Source of the DNA: Eremomyces bilateralis CBS 781.70
Taxonomy: Eukaryota
Assembly: GCA_010015585.1 (NCBI GenBank)
Contig: ML975160.1
DNA: 64,000 bases
Reading direction: 5' to 3' (one strand)
The notes below the pieces were generated by a model. It saw only the letters and a list, made by a program, of their open reading frames with translations. It was not told the origin of the DNA and searched no databases. Below, one piece after another: positions 35,151 to 48,338 of the stretch (position 1 is its first letter; every line of letters starts with the position of its first letter). Made by a program: the position numbers and the translations under genes.

Positions 35151-36149
35151 CCCTCCCTCTGTCTTTCTGCTCTCGCATTACCGAAGTGACTCTCCGCTCC
35201 ACTCTCCAGACAGTCTGACTCTCTTCAGTCTTCAGTCTCATCACCTCATGCCTCTTCTATTCGCTCAGCTTTCTTGGCTGTGGCCAAGCTCCTGGCTCTC
35301 ACGGGTCAAACCCAACGGCCCTGCCCCATCTCCAATCATCTGAGAGATCCTTAAACCCTATGGGAAGCTTCAGTCCCGTATTCGGTTGTATTCCACCTGT
35401 GGTCCTGTTCGATAGTCCATGTCAGTTATCAAATCGATGGTATTCCCAACAGGCCACAGTTTCGATTCCGCCGGATATAACCCCTTTTTACGAGGCTCCA
35501 GAGTGTTTCGTACTCACATGATTGGGGAATAAGGGAGAGGTATTCCTATCCTTCTAGGTCCTCATCGCCACAATCGCTATTCCAACTCAGAGTTGATGCT
35601 GTCCAACAGTTCTCAAGTTGTCTCCTGCCTTCACACAATAGTACTGTAGTCCACAATAATGAGTGGTACTGTAGCACAACCTGGCCCAGGAAGAAACACG
35701 CTTCCCCATTCAATCCAGATTCCAAGCAGCCCACTACTCATGCCAAGGTACAAGTGTACGAGTAGCGCACAAGTGTCATTTGGTTCTCCCTGGGGAAATG
35801 CCCGAGGCGATACATTAATAGCGCTTCCGCATGGAGATTGCGGGGATTGCACTACTCGTCTTATGAGTAAAGTCGTCCCCGCAAAGATGAGGGGAAATTT
35901 GTGTCTATGAGGATCAGCATGTGGCTGCGGCTATTGGGCCTCATGGCAATGCGAGAATGCGGTGATAGAAGGACGACCAAGCTTCGGTCAACCGGTATTT
36001 CTCGGGCACAGTCTCGAACACGCTCAGTCGAACATATTTAAATCGCCCTCTCCCCAGGGCGTCGAGTCAGGAGCGCCATACATGCCCCTCCCCACTTCTT
36101 TCATATCCGTTAAGTCCATTCACTTACCAGCAAGTCTTCGTTCGCAACC

Positions 36150-38093
36150 ATGAAGGATGTGCGTCATCCCGTCGATGCGGCCGATCGTGACCCCAGCCTG
36201 GATATTGGCATCGACCATGCCGAAAAGGGGGAGGCAAGCTCCTCAGAGCAAGAGCTCGGTTATGGTGACCCTGATTACCTGAAGAAAGTGAAAATAGCTA
36301 CGTGAGTTGGAAGTCCAGGTGCACAGAAGGAATTAGGATGCTAAAACATCTCTGCATAGCCGCAAGGTCGATATCAGGGTCATCCCCATTTTAGGGGCTC
36401 TGTACTCTATCAGTGGTATCGATCGAACAAATGTAGGAAACACCATTGAGCAACCGTAGGTATCCTTAAGCTAACTTCCGTAGCTTGCCAACGCCCGCGT
36501 TGCTGGAATGGATGTTGATTTGGGCTTCAATCAGGGCGACAGGTACCAATGGCATCGCGGTGGCGTTCCTGACGGAATCGTCTTCCTAACAGATCCTTTT
36601 GCAGATACTCGATCGCCCTCCTCGTCTTCTTCATCACTTATTTCATATTCGAGATTCCCTCGAACATCATCCTGCGCAAGCTTCCGGCCCATCGGTACCT
36701 CTCCTTCCTCGCGTTCGCCTGGGGCATCTGCATCATGTGTGCCGGCTTTGCCCAGAATTGGATCCCTATTGTCATTATCCGGTTGCTGGTCGGGTTCTTC
36801 GAAGCTGGCTTTTTGTGAGTTCCCCGCCATCGATGGCGCGCATGTTCTTCGGTGGAGCGCTGTCCGCAGCGATCCAGAACTAACGCTTCAACTCAGTCCT
36901 GGATGTGTTTACCTCATCAGCTCCTGGTACGAAAGATACCAAGTCCACCAACGGTAAGCCCCTCTCTTATAAATGCGACGACAGGATAGCTGATGGCTCC
37001 AGCATCGCCTGGTTCTATGCTTTCAATACCGTCGCCGGTGGTTTTGGCAACACCCTGGCCTATGGATTGATACAGATGGAAGGGGTTGGTGGCGTGCGCG
37101 GTTGGCGATGGATTTTCATCATTGAAGGACTGATCACCATCGTCCTAGCTTTCTTGGGATACATCTTAATCGTTCCTTTTCCTGACCAAGTATCCCAATC
37201 CCGAAAGCCGTTTTTGAGCGAAGACCAGGTCCAGCTGATTACCGACCGCCTAAATCGTGATCGTGGCGATACTACATTTGATCCGATCACTTGGTCCAAG
37301 ATCAAATTTTGTTTGCTAAAATGGGAGATCTGGGTTTTGTTAGTATTGTTCCTTCCTATTGTCCGCCATCGAAACTAACTATAGTAAGTGCACTACTATT
37401 CATGAGTTGTGGGGTTTGTATATATGCGATGGCCTACTTTCAACAAATCATCATTAAGTCTTTCGGGTATTCTGTCAGCGAGACTTTCCTATTGTCCACA
37501 CCTCCCGCTATAGCCAGCGTGCCATTTGCCATTTTTTGTTCCTGGTTGGCCGACAAATATCACACTCGAGCCCCTATTGTCATCGTCCAGGCCATTGTCT
37601 GCCTGGTCGGGTTGCTTCTCGTTCGATACGCTCAAGGTACCGGTCCCCGCTACTTCGGACTTTTCCTTGGAAAAATGGGCTGCAACGCCGCGCTGTCAAC
37701 CGTTCTTGCATGGCAGGCGAATAACATCCGTGGCCAGAGCACTCGAGCGTAAGTCTCCAACCATCAGGCATAGTTTCATGACACTAACGCCGAGACAGGA
37801 TCGCGTCCGCTATGCAGGTCATGTTTGGAGCCATTGGAGGCATATATGCAAGCACGGTTTTCATGGAGAAGGAGTTGCCGCATTATACTTCCGGAATCTG
37901 GGCTGCGGTGGTAAGCTGCCTTCGGCCCCGTGTGCCACTCAAAGGCACTTTGCTGACTCGTCTTTAGGCAACCCAATTCTACATGATCCTAGCGTCAATC
38001 GGAATGTCTTTGTACTATATGAAGCGGAACAAGCAGGCGAACAGGGGTGAACGAATTCTGGAAGGCCTGCCAGAATTTAGGTACACCATATAG
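36150..38093 (+). CDS. MFS transporter, anion:cation symporter (DAL5/TNA1-like) family
   Basis: RKVDIRVIPIL, IDRTN|LANAR, FEIPSNIILRK, GFFEAGF, GWRWIFIIEG, WQANNIRGQ, FRYTI*; about 8 introns. Confidence 0.93.
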
Positions 38094-38938
38094 GGCTCTG
38101 TCCTGAAGGATTTGTAGACGTCGTTGTAGGTCGGATGCAATTCGTAGGATTTACCCGATCGTATAGTATCTCTCAAGTTAGGGATGATACCACATTTATA
38201 GCAAATAAAGAGAGTATTTAGGGGGGACTCCGTATGGCGGACCGAAAGGCATAGGTAACCTTTGGTTGAGTAGCAACAATTCAATGTTTGCCTCACGATT
38301 GGAGCAGGAGATTCCCTACAGTGAGACCCTGACATCCACCATTACTAGCGGGGAGGAGAAATCTCGCCAGCCAAATTACAGTCCGCGATTACACAAGAGG
38401 AGTGCTGTGATATGGTATCAAGGAGATACGTCATGAGTTTAGATCTCTTCATCTCTTGGAGAGGAGTGTCAAGGCTCGAAATGCAAGCGCAGAGTTTTGT
38501 AACGAGGATATCAATTCAAAACGTATAGATAAGGAAATTGTGAGGAGTTGAACGTAAGGTCTAAAGAGTGAAGACATTGCTTGTTTATATACCCAAATCC
38601 TCATCAAGTGAGTATCGTGGACCATGCTCACCCAGCTCATTCTTTCGTCAAGCATCGTGAGCAGAACTTACGGTGCTCTGTTGCGGATATCGTGGGCATG
38701 GATCACCACCAACGGTCAGGTGATCCCTATCCTATCTCTATGATAATGCTTCCTGTAGTTATGTAGCATTCTAGATAGGACATCGGTCTTCTTCATCTTG
38801 ACACAGTTCATACGAAACCATAACAAGCTCACGTCTGTTCCTTGCGAGCCCTTGCTTACCCCCGTAGGTAAGTATAACTGTGATTGGTCGTAAAGCTCCT
38901 CCCATCCCTTAGATCGTAACAAATGGAGTTCTCGTTGC

Positions 38939-40345
38939 TTAGAAGGCGGCAATGGCAAAGGCAATGGCAACAACGAGGCCAACGACCAGATTGGCGGACG
39001 CGGCGCCAGTGAAGGATGGCGGAGGGGTGGCGCTGGTTGGGTTGGGTGGGCCTCCGGACAACTCAGAGATAGGGGCGCTGGTTGGGTTGGGTGGGCCTCC
39101 GGACGACTCAGAGATAGGGGCGGCGGAGCCACCTCCGCTGGAGATCTCAGCCGGAGTAGGGCTTGAGTTTTCGGGATCGGAAGAGGCCGCGGTCGGCGCT
39201 AGAAGAGAAGCGGAGGGAATGGTGCCGCCGTTGCCACTACGGTACCAGTTTTGGATCGGGTCGCCCAAGCACTCGCCCATGGTCACTGCTCGGAAACCCA
39301 GAGCCTGGATACGATCGAGCATGAAGAGGGTCAGGTCCTGGGTACTCAGCGGATGGAGGTCATGGGAGATAGAAAGGAACTTGTTAGTAGTCGGAAGGAC
39401 GACAGCGTCCGCGAAGTTGTTCTTGGCGGTCTGGATCGACTCTGGGGTAAGGTTATTATAATCGTCCGTGTCCACATCAAAATAGCTGATGTGGTAGCCA
39501 AGATCTGCCATATCCTGCATACATGAGGGCGTAATGCATCCAGAGTAAGGTGGCCGCATGTAAGTAGGGAAGTACCCAAGAATATTCTGGAGGGCGATCT
39601 CGTTATAGAGAATTTCCTGCTTACGCAGTTCATCGCTGACTTTGTCCAAGTTCTGGTGCGACCAGGTATGGGAAGCAACCTGGTGACCGTCGTTGGCCAT
39701 ACGTTGTATAACAGCGCTCCAAGCAGGGGTCGAGTCGATCATTCCCTTGCCATTATTATTACCGGAGATAAAAAACGTAGCCTTAGCGTCATATTGATTA
39801 AGGAGATCCAGCACAGCATTAGTATAGATGGATGGACCATCGTCGTAAGTCAGGGCGACGGTCCCAGGAACAGTGCAGTGGTAGATACCGGCGCCACCAT
39901 ATGGGACGCTACCAAGATGTGGGCGATCAGTATTAAAAGTATCAGGTCCTGATGGCTTCTCGTTCGTACCGCAGCCAGATCCGTACTGGTACTGACAGTT
40001 TGGTGCGCTACAGTAACTAGAATTGTTACCACACCAACTCTTTCCGAAGGTTAGTTGCTATCATAACGACGCTGAAGTTATATAATAACTCACAGTAGGT
40101 GAACAGCAGTATCCTTCCGCGCAACTTGTTCCACCAAAGTCTGAACCGCATCGTCCATCGGTTCCTCCAATTGGTTCTTGGCGCGATTCCTTCAAACCTC
40201 TGGTCTCGTAGTCGGATCCGTAGTCGATTTCGATGCCTCTCAACACCTTCAGAGGGGGAGCACCGAATAATCCTGGCCCGTGGTAGCCCTCGAGAGCTAC
40301 CGTAATGGCCGGCAAAAGGGCCAGAGACGCGGCCGCAAGACGCAT
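38939..40345 (-). CDS. Secreted, probably GPI-anchored chitin deacetylase (CE4) with N-terminal CBM18
   Basis: Signal peptide; DGRCG..CAEGYCCSPT|SWCG (hevein-type); TYDDGP, HTWSHQNL, YMRPPY, DTDDY, SHDLH; Ser/Pro-rich stalk; hydrophobic C-terminus. Confidence 0.93.
39029..39123. repeat. Two-copy 45-bp coding tandem repeat in the deacetylase stalk
   Basis: ggcgctggttgggttgggtgggcctccggac(a/g)actcagagatagg x2, encoding APISE(S/L)SGGPPNPTS. Confidence 0.9.
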
Positions 40346-43300
40346 GATGAAATATTAAATATACCAGTGACTAAATATGGTATTGCTTGTCAACGACTTT
40401 CCAAAAAGCGAGAGTAAGAAGAAACGACAGACAGTCGACCTGACCTGGTAAGCACGGTGCTGAGGTACGAACGTACAGGTCAAATAAAAGCGAGCATGTT
40501 TTAAAGGATGGAAAGGTCAGGTAGAGTCCGATGTGAACATCGGCAAGATTTTGAGTGTTGAGCTCTTGAGGACAAGGGTGTGCCCTGACTGGCTGCTTGC
40601 ATCTGTCCGATACTCCGATTTGACCGGTCACGAAACGGGGAATCTAGGCCCGACGAATCGTTTCCTATCCACTTTTATGTGCCCTTTTAGGCATTTACAG
40701 AGGAGGACTGTCTCCCAGGCTGCTGGTAATAATCTTTTTAGGGAAAGGAAGTCCTTGCAGAGTTAGAAAGGATTGCATACACCTCATTCGCAGGCCCCTG
40801 TTTGACCAGGATGATCCCAGATAAGGTTTCCATTCTTCAGCTTGGCGCTAGCGTTGATTGGGAGAGCAAGCCACCCGCTGCGCTCCAGGCATGAACTGCT
40901 GTCACACGAAACTCGAAATAGCATGGGTTTGCCTCAAACCGGCTACGAGACAAGCTCTCTGCCATAGACGGCGATAGGTGGCATAATTGAGAGGGAAGAT
41001 TGGCTTGTTTAATATCTCTTTCTTCCAAGGAAGCGGGACGTAGTCTACGTCTTCTAAGATCGGCCGTGTGAGCAATGTGGGAACAGATCAACAGAATCTA
41101 TGTATAGATCGAACGCATCGTCCTTACTCCTTAGTGGCGAGGGAACAGACGAAACTTGTCAAGCAGGGATTAGAAACGGAAAGGAGGAATGGTAAATAAG
41201 ACCCTGTAAAACGACGGTAAGCCACGACATAGAAATGACGGGGATTGCGACGTCGACTCACAGCTCTGGTTTGTTGTTGCGCCGAGCGCTTTTCCGGTCC
41301 TTGATGATCAGAATGGTGGAGGGGTGAACGTGGCAAATTGACGTTCTTTGTCGGTCGTACGAGTCTCACACAACGGCAAGATTTACTCTGCTGCACGTTG
41401 AATTCAAATGATCTCATTTGAATTGCCTTAAATGCGACATCCTCCGGGGGAGACGAAATTGAGTTACGTTTCTTGGCATTCCCCTATGCACAGTTCCCAC
41501 GATCTTAACCAGAACGCGGCGGAGAATTCACCAAAACAGACCTCTAGTAGTTGCTTAGTTAGGAAAAGAGTAGTTATACTTTTTGGTATTATGCTGTTTT
41601 TGAGCGAATTGGGCCTGCCTGTGATGGTGGTGATGGTTGGGGGAATGCCAAGAGACGTAACTCAATTTCGTCCCCCCCGGAGGCATCTTCGATCTGCATA
41701 ATCCTTGAGCGGGGATTCTAGGTACAGTTCACTGTCCTGTATGACAAAGGTGGATGAGCTTCGTTTTCCGAAACACTGAACACAGAGTAAACTCGATATT
41801 GTATTGTGTGTAACTAAGCTACGGAATAAGGGAAAAGGAAGGGAAAGAATATACGCAAGGTAAACATAGAAGGCACTGTCTTCACTCCTGTGTATTTAAC
41901 ATACACATCACAAACAAACGTGGAATCCACTAGTCACCACCAGCCACAAGTAGTGAGTGGGCCCTGCGGGGTGAATACCTGCAACATCATATCTAGCTGT
42001 GTCACAGCAGAGGTATAAGAAAACACCCTAAGCAAAGATAACTTACTACGAGGCATGCAGCGAGTCCCCACTGACTCGAGGGCTACACGTAACTCCCGCT
42101 AAGGTAATGACGTGTACGTAGTAGTACAGAGGAACCATGGAAACCCTTCATGGAGCCCTTCTCCTCTCCTTCTCCAAGGATTAGTCTAAGTATTATGACA
42201 TAGATATCTTCCATCAATAACTAACTATTACATGCCTCAACTATTAATGTGACTATCTCACTCTACGCCCACAACCGTTTTCATGACCTTACAATACCGT
42301 ACTACGTAGTATATGAGTAGTAGTAGGAGTAAAACTTAAGCTCTCTGCTCTCTGCTCTCTGTACTCTACACTCTGCAGCACTTGGCTTCTCACGCCCGGC
42401 GGATTTCCATTATCTTTCTCCTCCCGGAAACTTAACTCGACTTGATCTCCTCCCCTGCTGCTACGTTTCCATCTAGCGGTTCGACCAAATTCAACTGTAA
42501 CAACCACAACCACAACCACAACCATTCCATAATTGCGGTACGCTATCATCACTGTTGTCGGTGCCGTTTCCTATTCCTCACTCCCCTCTAAGCTTCCAAA
42601 TCATCCTCACCCTGCTGCCTGCATCACCCATCACCCACCAAGCGTCAAGCGTCAAGCATCAAGCGTTTAACAGTCCATCCAAACCCCAAAGCTCATTCTC
42701 ACAAGTGGTGCAGCAGTGCAGCTCATGCATACAAGGATCCTGTTTCCCTCTTTTGTATTCGCTTGACTTGCCCCATCTGCCCATCCATCCATCTATCCAT
42801 CCACCACCTGCTTTCCTTCTCTGTCTCTCACACACACTTGTTGGATATCAACCATCCTCTAGAGGTTGGGAGTCAGCTGACATCCCAATACGGCTAGTAT
42901 CATGTGGGGTTACCTCCTATTCCTCCAAGGCCTCCCATACTCCTAGATAGATCAATCAATCACGTATCAATACTTCTACAACACTCTCTCTGCGTCTTCT
43001 ACCTCCCTCTCTCTCACTTCACTCAACTGCTTCACCTTAGCCTACCTATTCACATACTGCACATCCCCTATAAATCCACCTTTCCCTATCTTAATTTCAG
43101 ATCTGGTACCATCCAACCCTTCACTGGCCTACCATGTTCTACTTCAACCGCTGTCCTGTTTGGCTGCTGGAGTACGACTGACCCTGCCCGCCCACCAATC
43201 CTTCAAGCAAGGCAAGCCCCGTCATTCGCCACCAACGCCATCATACCCTCATGCCCTCAACATCTCGAATCCCCATCCCCCACCCACTTCCCCGCCGTAT

Positions 43301-43558
43301 CGTCACTTATCCGCTCTTGTGCCCCTCTCCAATGTCGGTCCGTTGCGTGTTCAACTTACCTCGACCCTCATCATTGACGATTCCATCTGGGAATTCCCTC
43401 TCGGCCATCCACAGTCGGGTCGGACAGACTTCGCGATCCTGCATCCTCGCTCCCCACCGATGCACCCACATCTCGCGAAAATCTAAGCCACCACTTAACC
43501 GTGATCGGATTCGAACGCAGACGGTTTAGAGGTCTCAACATCATTAAATCATTTCAGC

Positions 43559-45102
43559 ATGTCGCAGAGCCGGCCGTCGGCGTTCTCGACGCTTCGCATA
43601 GGAGGCAAGGTCCCTATCTGCATTTAGCTGTTGACCCAACACGTGCGACGTCGCAGGTATACTGACGATTTTTTTCCCATTACAGAAGTCATTCGAGAGA
43701 AGGTGCAGGATGGAGTAACTGGCGAAACTAGGGATCTGGCGTATACGCAGTGTAAGATCGTGGGGAAAGGATATTGTGGCGTGGTGTTTCAGACCAAGTT
43801 ATCGCCAAGTGGTGAAGATGCTGCCATCAAACGAGCACTACAAGACAAACGATTCAAGGTATACCATACTGAAATATTCGATAGTTGAAAATAGGGTTCT
43901 AATAGCCGATTTCTAGAATCGAGAGCTACAAATCATGCGTATTGTCCGTCATCCAAACATCGTCGAGTTGAAGGCCTTCTACTACAGCAATGGGGAACAG
44001 GTACGTCACTCTTCTTTCCTGCTTCGATTCAATTTGAACAATTCTGACACCAGACAGGAGAATGAAGTCTACCTGAATCTTGTCCTCAAATTTGTCCCTG
44101 AGACCGTATACCGAGCATCGCAATGGTTCAATAAGATGAAGACGGTCATGCCGATCCTCGAGGTCAAACTTTATATCTACCAGCTCTTCCGCGCTCTCGC
44201 ATACCTCCACTCCCAAGGAATCTGCCACAGGGACATCGACCCTCAAAATCTGCTTCTCGACCCGGCCACCGGCATCTTAAAACTCTGCGATTTTGGCAGC
44301 GCGAAGATCCTAGAAAATAATGAACCGCACGATTCTTACCTCCGCTTAAAGTACTGCCGAGCGCCGGAGTTGATATTTGGAGCGACCAACTACACAACCA
44401 AGATTGGTAGGTTCACGCAGTCGATCCATCCGGTCAAGCTGACATGGTCAGATGTCTGGTCCGCCGGCTGCGTCATGGCGGAATTGATTCTTGGCCATCC
44501 GCTCTTCCCATGTGATTCCTCAATCGACCAGCTCGTGGAGATGATTAAAATGCTCGGAGCGCCCACCCGGGACCAAATCCGCGCGATAAACCCCAAATAC
44601 ATAGGACACAAGTTCCCACAAACCAAACCGCATCCATTCTGCAAAGTATTCAAGCCCACATCCCGTCCTCGCCGTGCCCAATCAGGAAGACCCACCTCTG
44701 ACATCCCCCAGGTCTTCCGCGAAGCCGATGCCGACGCCATCGATCTGATCTCCAAGTTGATCGAATACACCCCCACGCAAAGATTGTTGGCTATCGACGC
44801 TATGGTGCATCCGTTCTTCGACCAGCTGCGGGATCCCAGCACCAAGCTCCCTGATTCCCGTCGCATCAACGGTGCCGCTCGGGAACTGCCCGTGCTGTTC
44901 GATTTCTCCCATCACGGTAAGTGTTCCCTCGGTCTGCGTTATTCTCCCGCTAATCATAGCAGAACTCTCCATCGCCCCTCCACTCAACCAAAAACTCGTC
45001 CCGAAGCACGTCCGCCCGACCTTGCGCGCTAAGGGCCTTGACGTCGATTCACCTTATTTCCGACCCCTCACCAAAGAGGACATGGCGGCTCAGTTGGATT
45101 AA
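43559..45102 (+). CDS. gsk3: Glycogen synthase kinase-3-like protein with atypical catalytic motifs
   Basis: [73 protein letters not shown]; six introns; ends AAQLD*. Confidence 0.92.
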
Positions 45103-46499
45103 AGACAACCTGTTGATCATTTTGGCGTGTCAATCAATCACGGAAGCCATAGGGTACCCGACATAGGGAGTGGGATGCTTATTTTGTATAAGAAGTAGGA
45201 CACATGGCAGGGCAGATATACCCGGGATTATGTAATGTACAGAATGGGATGACTAAGTAAACCGCCGATTTCCGACACAACCCCCTTCTTTCCACTTGTC
45301 CCTTCTCCTTCAGCACAAGGCCAGCCGACCTAGACCGGAACGCCTGGGCACAGTCCTCTCGCTCGCCTTGGTGGAAACAATGGGGATGGGGGAACCATGG
45401 GAACATCCCGCGATACAGGAATGGGGTGTAATGGAACGGAATGGCACTGAATGGAATTGGGACGCATTCACGAAGTTATGTTTCTAGGAAATTCACATAT
45501 GGTACACCACTACGCAAATCACATCGCACGCAGAGCGCATCTGTCATGTCACGGATGTCAGTTGGTCATTACCGCTCCCTCGCTCCCTCCCCCACTCCCT
45601 CTCTCTCTTTTTCCCCATCTTCCCCTCCCCTCTCTCTATCTCGTAGTTCACAAGAGTCTTGGCACAAGTATGAGTACGAGTACATGTTGGCAGCGAAAAT
45701 TATGGATGGGTTATTTCGATTGTTTTTTTCGTCATTCTGTTCGTTGGCGTTGGTGTGGTGTCATCGTCGTCGTCCGTGTCGTCCTTACCAGTCGTGTCCT
45801 ACTGTTGTTGATGGACCTTTCCCGTCCCCATCCAACCATTCGTTCCTCTACCAGCCAGCCAGTAGTCACCCAGCGTCTCCTGACCTCCCTCGACTACGAC
45901 CTCCCACCCAGCGTTTGACGCCGCGCTTCAACAACCACATGTCCCGATTAACCATCCCGATCGATGATCAACAGTAACGTCTCATCGCATACAACTGTGC
46001 CCTCTGTCCTCCCGACCAACCGATCACCAGCTTCCCCCATTTCTTAACAGTCCCCCCAAAAGGGGTTAGGGAGACCGATTTGGCGAGCAGCGTACCTGTT
46101 TCTCTCCCTTCCTCTCCTCCACGCCATTCCACTTCGCCTCCCGAGAAAGTGTGTGCTTTCGATTTTTGAACCATTGCTTCCACGTGTGCAGATACCTTGC
46201 GACTCGTCTATTTTGTCCCTTTCGTTTAATCCGGGGAGCAGATGGGCCTATATTCTGTGGTGTCCTTCTGGTTAATCCGTCGGGCGCCTTCGAATTGCGG
46301 TACGATTACCTGGACGTCGAGCTAGCGTGCGTCAGCTACCGCACTCGCCCGTTGTGAGAGCATCTGGTGGAGGTCTTCCGTGCCTGCCGCCGTGATCAGG
46401 TTCGGTCGTGAGTCGCTGTGGGCTAAACAGTGGAGGAGGACGTGCCGGACTGTTGGTGCTTGTTAGCCGCATGCGCAGCCTACGAAAACTATCTCCATC

Positions 46500-47340
46500 T
46501 CAACAAGAACCTGCCGTCGCTCGTTAAGTGCAGCTTTTGGTGTCCAAGAAAGGTTACTTGAATCGCGAATCATCTACTTTCACGAACAAGAGGTGGCTTT
46601 TGAATGTTTTGTGGGAATGGACTGCAAATGTAATAGGATCCATGAAGGCCAACACGCGAAGCACGTCAAAGCCCGATTTTCCCAAGCGCTTGCAAGTGAA
46701 AGGGGCAAAAATCACACTTTAGAGACGGCCCTGGATCCATATTCCTATTTATGCGAAGATTGCATTGGGAAAAGACTCACTATCCCACGAAACACCTTTC
46801 CAGCCCTGTCGAGTTTGGCCAGCAGGTTGAGTGGTGGACTTACTAAATTTTACGCTAAGGTCTAGGAGGATAATCTCATATATAGGCTCCTCTGGGAGAG
46901 AAGAGACCCAAAAAGGCCACATTGCCACAAGAGCTATGCCCACCTAGCTGGCCATGGCCGTCGAGGACTGGTGCACTGAATTGAAACCATCAGGCAAGCC
47001 ACCTATCTGGTGTGAGTGTAGAGATCATCGACGTACAATATAGCGCTGCGACCCCCGACTCTTTTAGTCTCCCTTCTGACGGAACTCCGGTATTGGGTGA
47101 GAATGTCATTACAACAAAGCTTTGGACAGCTGGAGGACGCTAAGTTGGACCAGACATGGTTCCATGATCACGACTTGAGCTAGATGACCAAGTCCTGGCG
47201 GAAACAACAAGGGAGAAGAAAGTCGAATGCCTTGGGATGCCGAAAGTCAATTACGGTAAGATACTCGCGCTGGTACTGATCAAGAAGCAGGTTCAGGGCG
47301 AGGAGTTCTACTATTGAGTTGGCATAGATGACCTAAATGA
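46500..47340 (+). pseudogene. HET (heterokaryon incompatibility)-domain gene remnant, C-terminal part
   Basis: W-C/QERLLESRIIYFHEQEVAFEC..CKC, KRLTIPRNTFPALSSLA, V*EDNLIYRLLW, PPSWPWPS, LVLI..FYY*VGI, broken by frameshifts and stops. Confidence 0.7.
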
Positions 47341-47927
47341 GGAGGTGATCGAGGATACAGCTTTGATGGAGATCAAGGTTGAATGATCGACTACTTGCTC
47401 TAAATGAAAACCAAAAAAGGGTGGGGTAAAAAAGAGAAAAATGTAAGTCCTGTGGGATTCAATCTTGCACCTTTCCACGCCGCAACCCCTGGGTCAGATT
47501 GGAGAACTACTCATTGACTCCCCCTTACCCAGGGTTTTGTAGGATTGGTACTGGGTGTCAATTGCACCACACATGACTTATTGATTATAAATCTACAATC
47601 AGTAATTATATACCACCATGCTGCATTCCCACATCACCTTCACCTACCGATATTGACGTTCCCGTGCTAGCTGCGAATAACACATTGGTTTTCGGACACA
47701 CTCAAACTTTGTTGTATATATGATGGAGGGTTCTACATCTACGTTTTCTAAGGCAGATGCCTTTCTGTTATTTTCCGATCTGTCCAATGCTCCCCTTTCC
47801 CTATCCAGTGCTTTCTTTCAACTCATACATCACCACTGTAACCCCCTTTCTTGGGCGTCTTCAGGGAAACCGGCAGTGTTAGGCGCCACGGTAGGAGGTT
47901 TCCTCTACCCGGACGCTACTTAGACTA

Positions 47928-48338
47928 ACGTAATCCACAAGTGAGTTAGCCATACAAGCGAGTTAGCCAGGCCAAATCTCACCAGAATCGGGATATTTCA
48001 TTGCCCTCTATCTCAATAACAACATTATAATAAAGACTAAAAGTTGGTAGATAGACTTTACTAGTCATTTTAAGTCTTTTCTTAAATTTATAGAGCTTAG
48101 TTATGGTAGTGGTAGATATATCTAGGTCCTAGGTGTTAAAAGGTGCTAGAATCTACTCTGACCTAGGTATATCCACAACTACAATGGCTAGAGCTCTATA
48201 AATTTAAGCAAAGGCTTAAAATGACTAACTAGTAAAGTCTATCTACCAACTTTTAGACTTTATTATAATGCTATTGTTGAGATACAGTATCCTGATTTTG
48301 GTGAGATTTGGCCTGGCTAACTCACTTGTGGATTACGT
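47928..48338. mobile_element. Fold-back MITE with Fot1/pogo-type ends, 411 bp
   Basis: TA|ACGTAATCCACAAGTGAGTTAGCCA ... TGGCTAACTCACTTGTGGATTACGT|TA; inverted homology continues inward to a loop of about 30 nt; AT- and TpA-rich. Confidence 0.92.

Noticed and set aside
42500..42810. Short simple repeats (CCACAA, TCAAGCG, CCAT)
   Set aside because: Ordinary microsatellite-like tracts in an upstream region.
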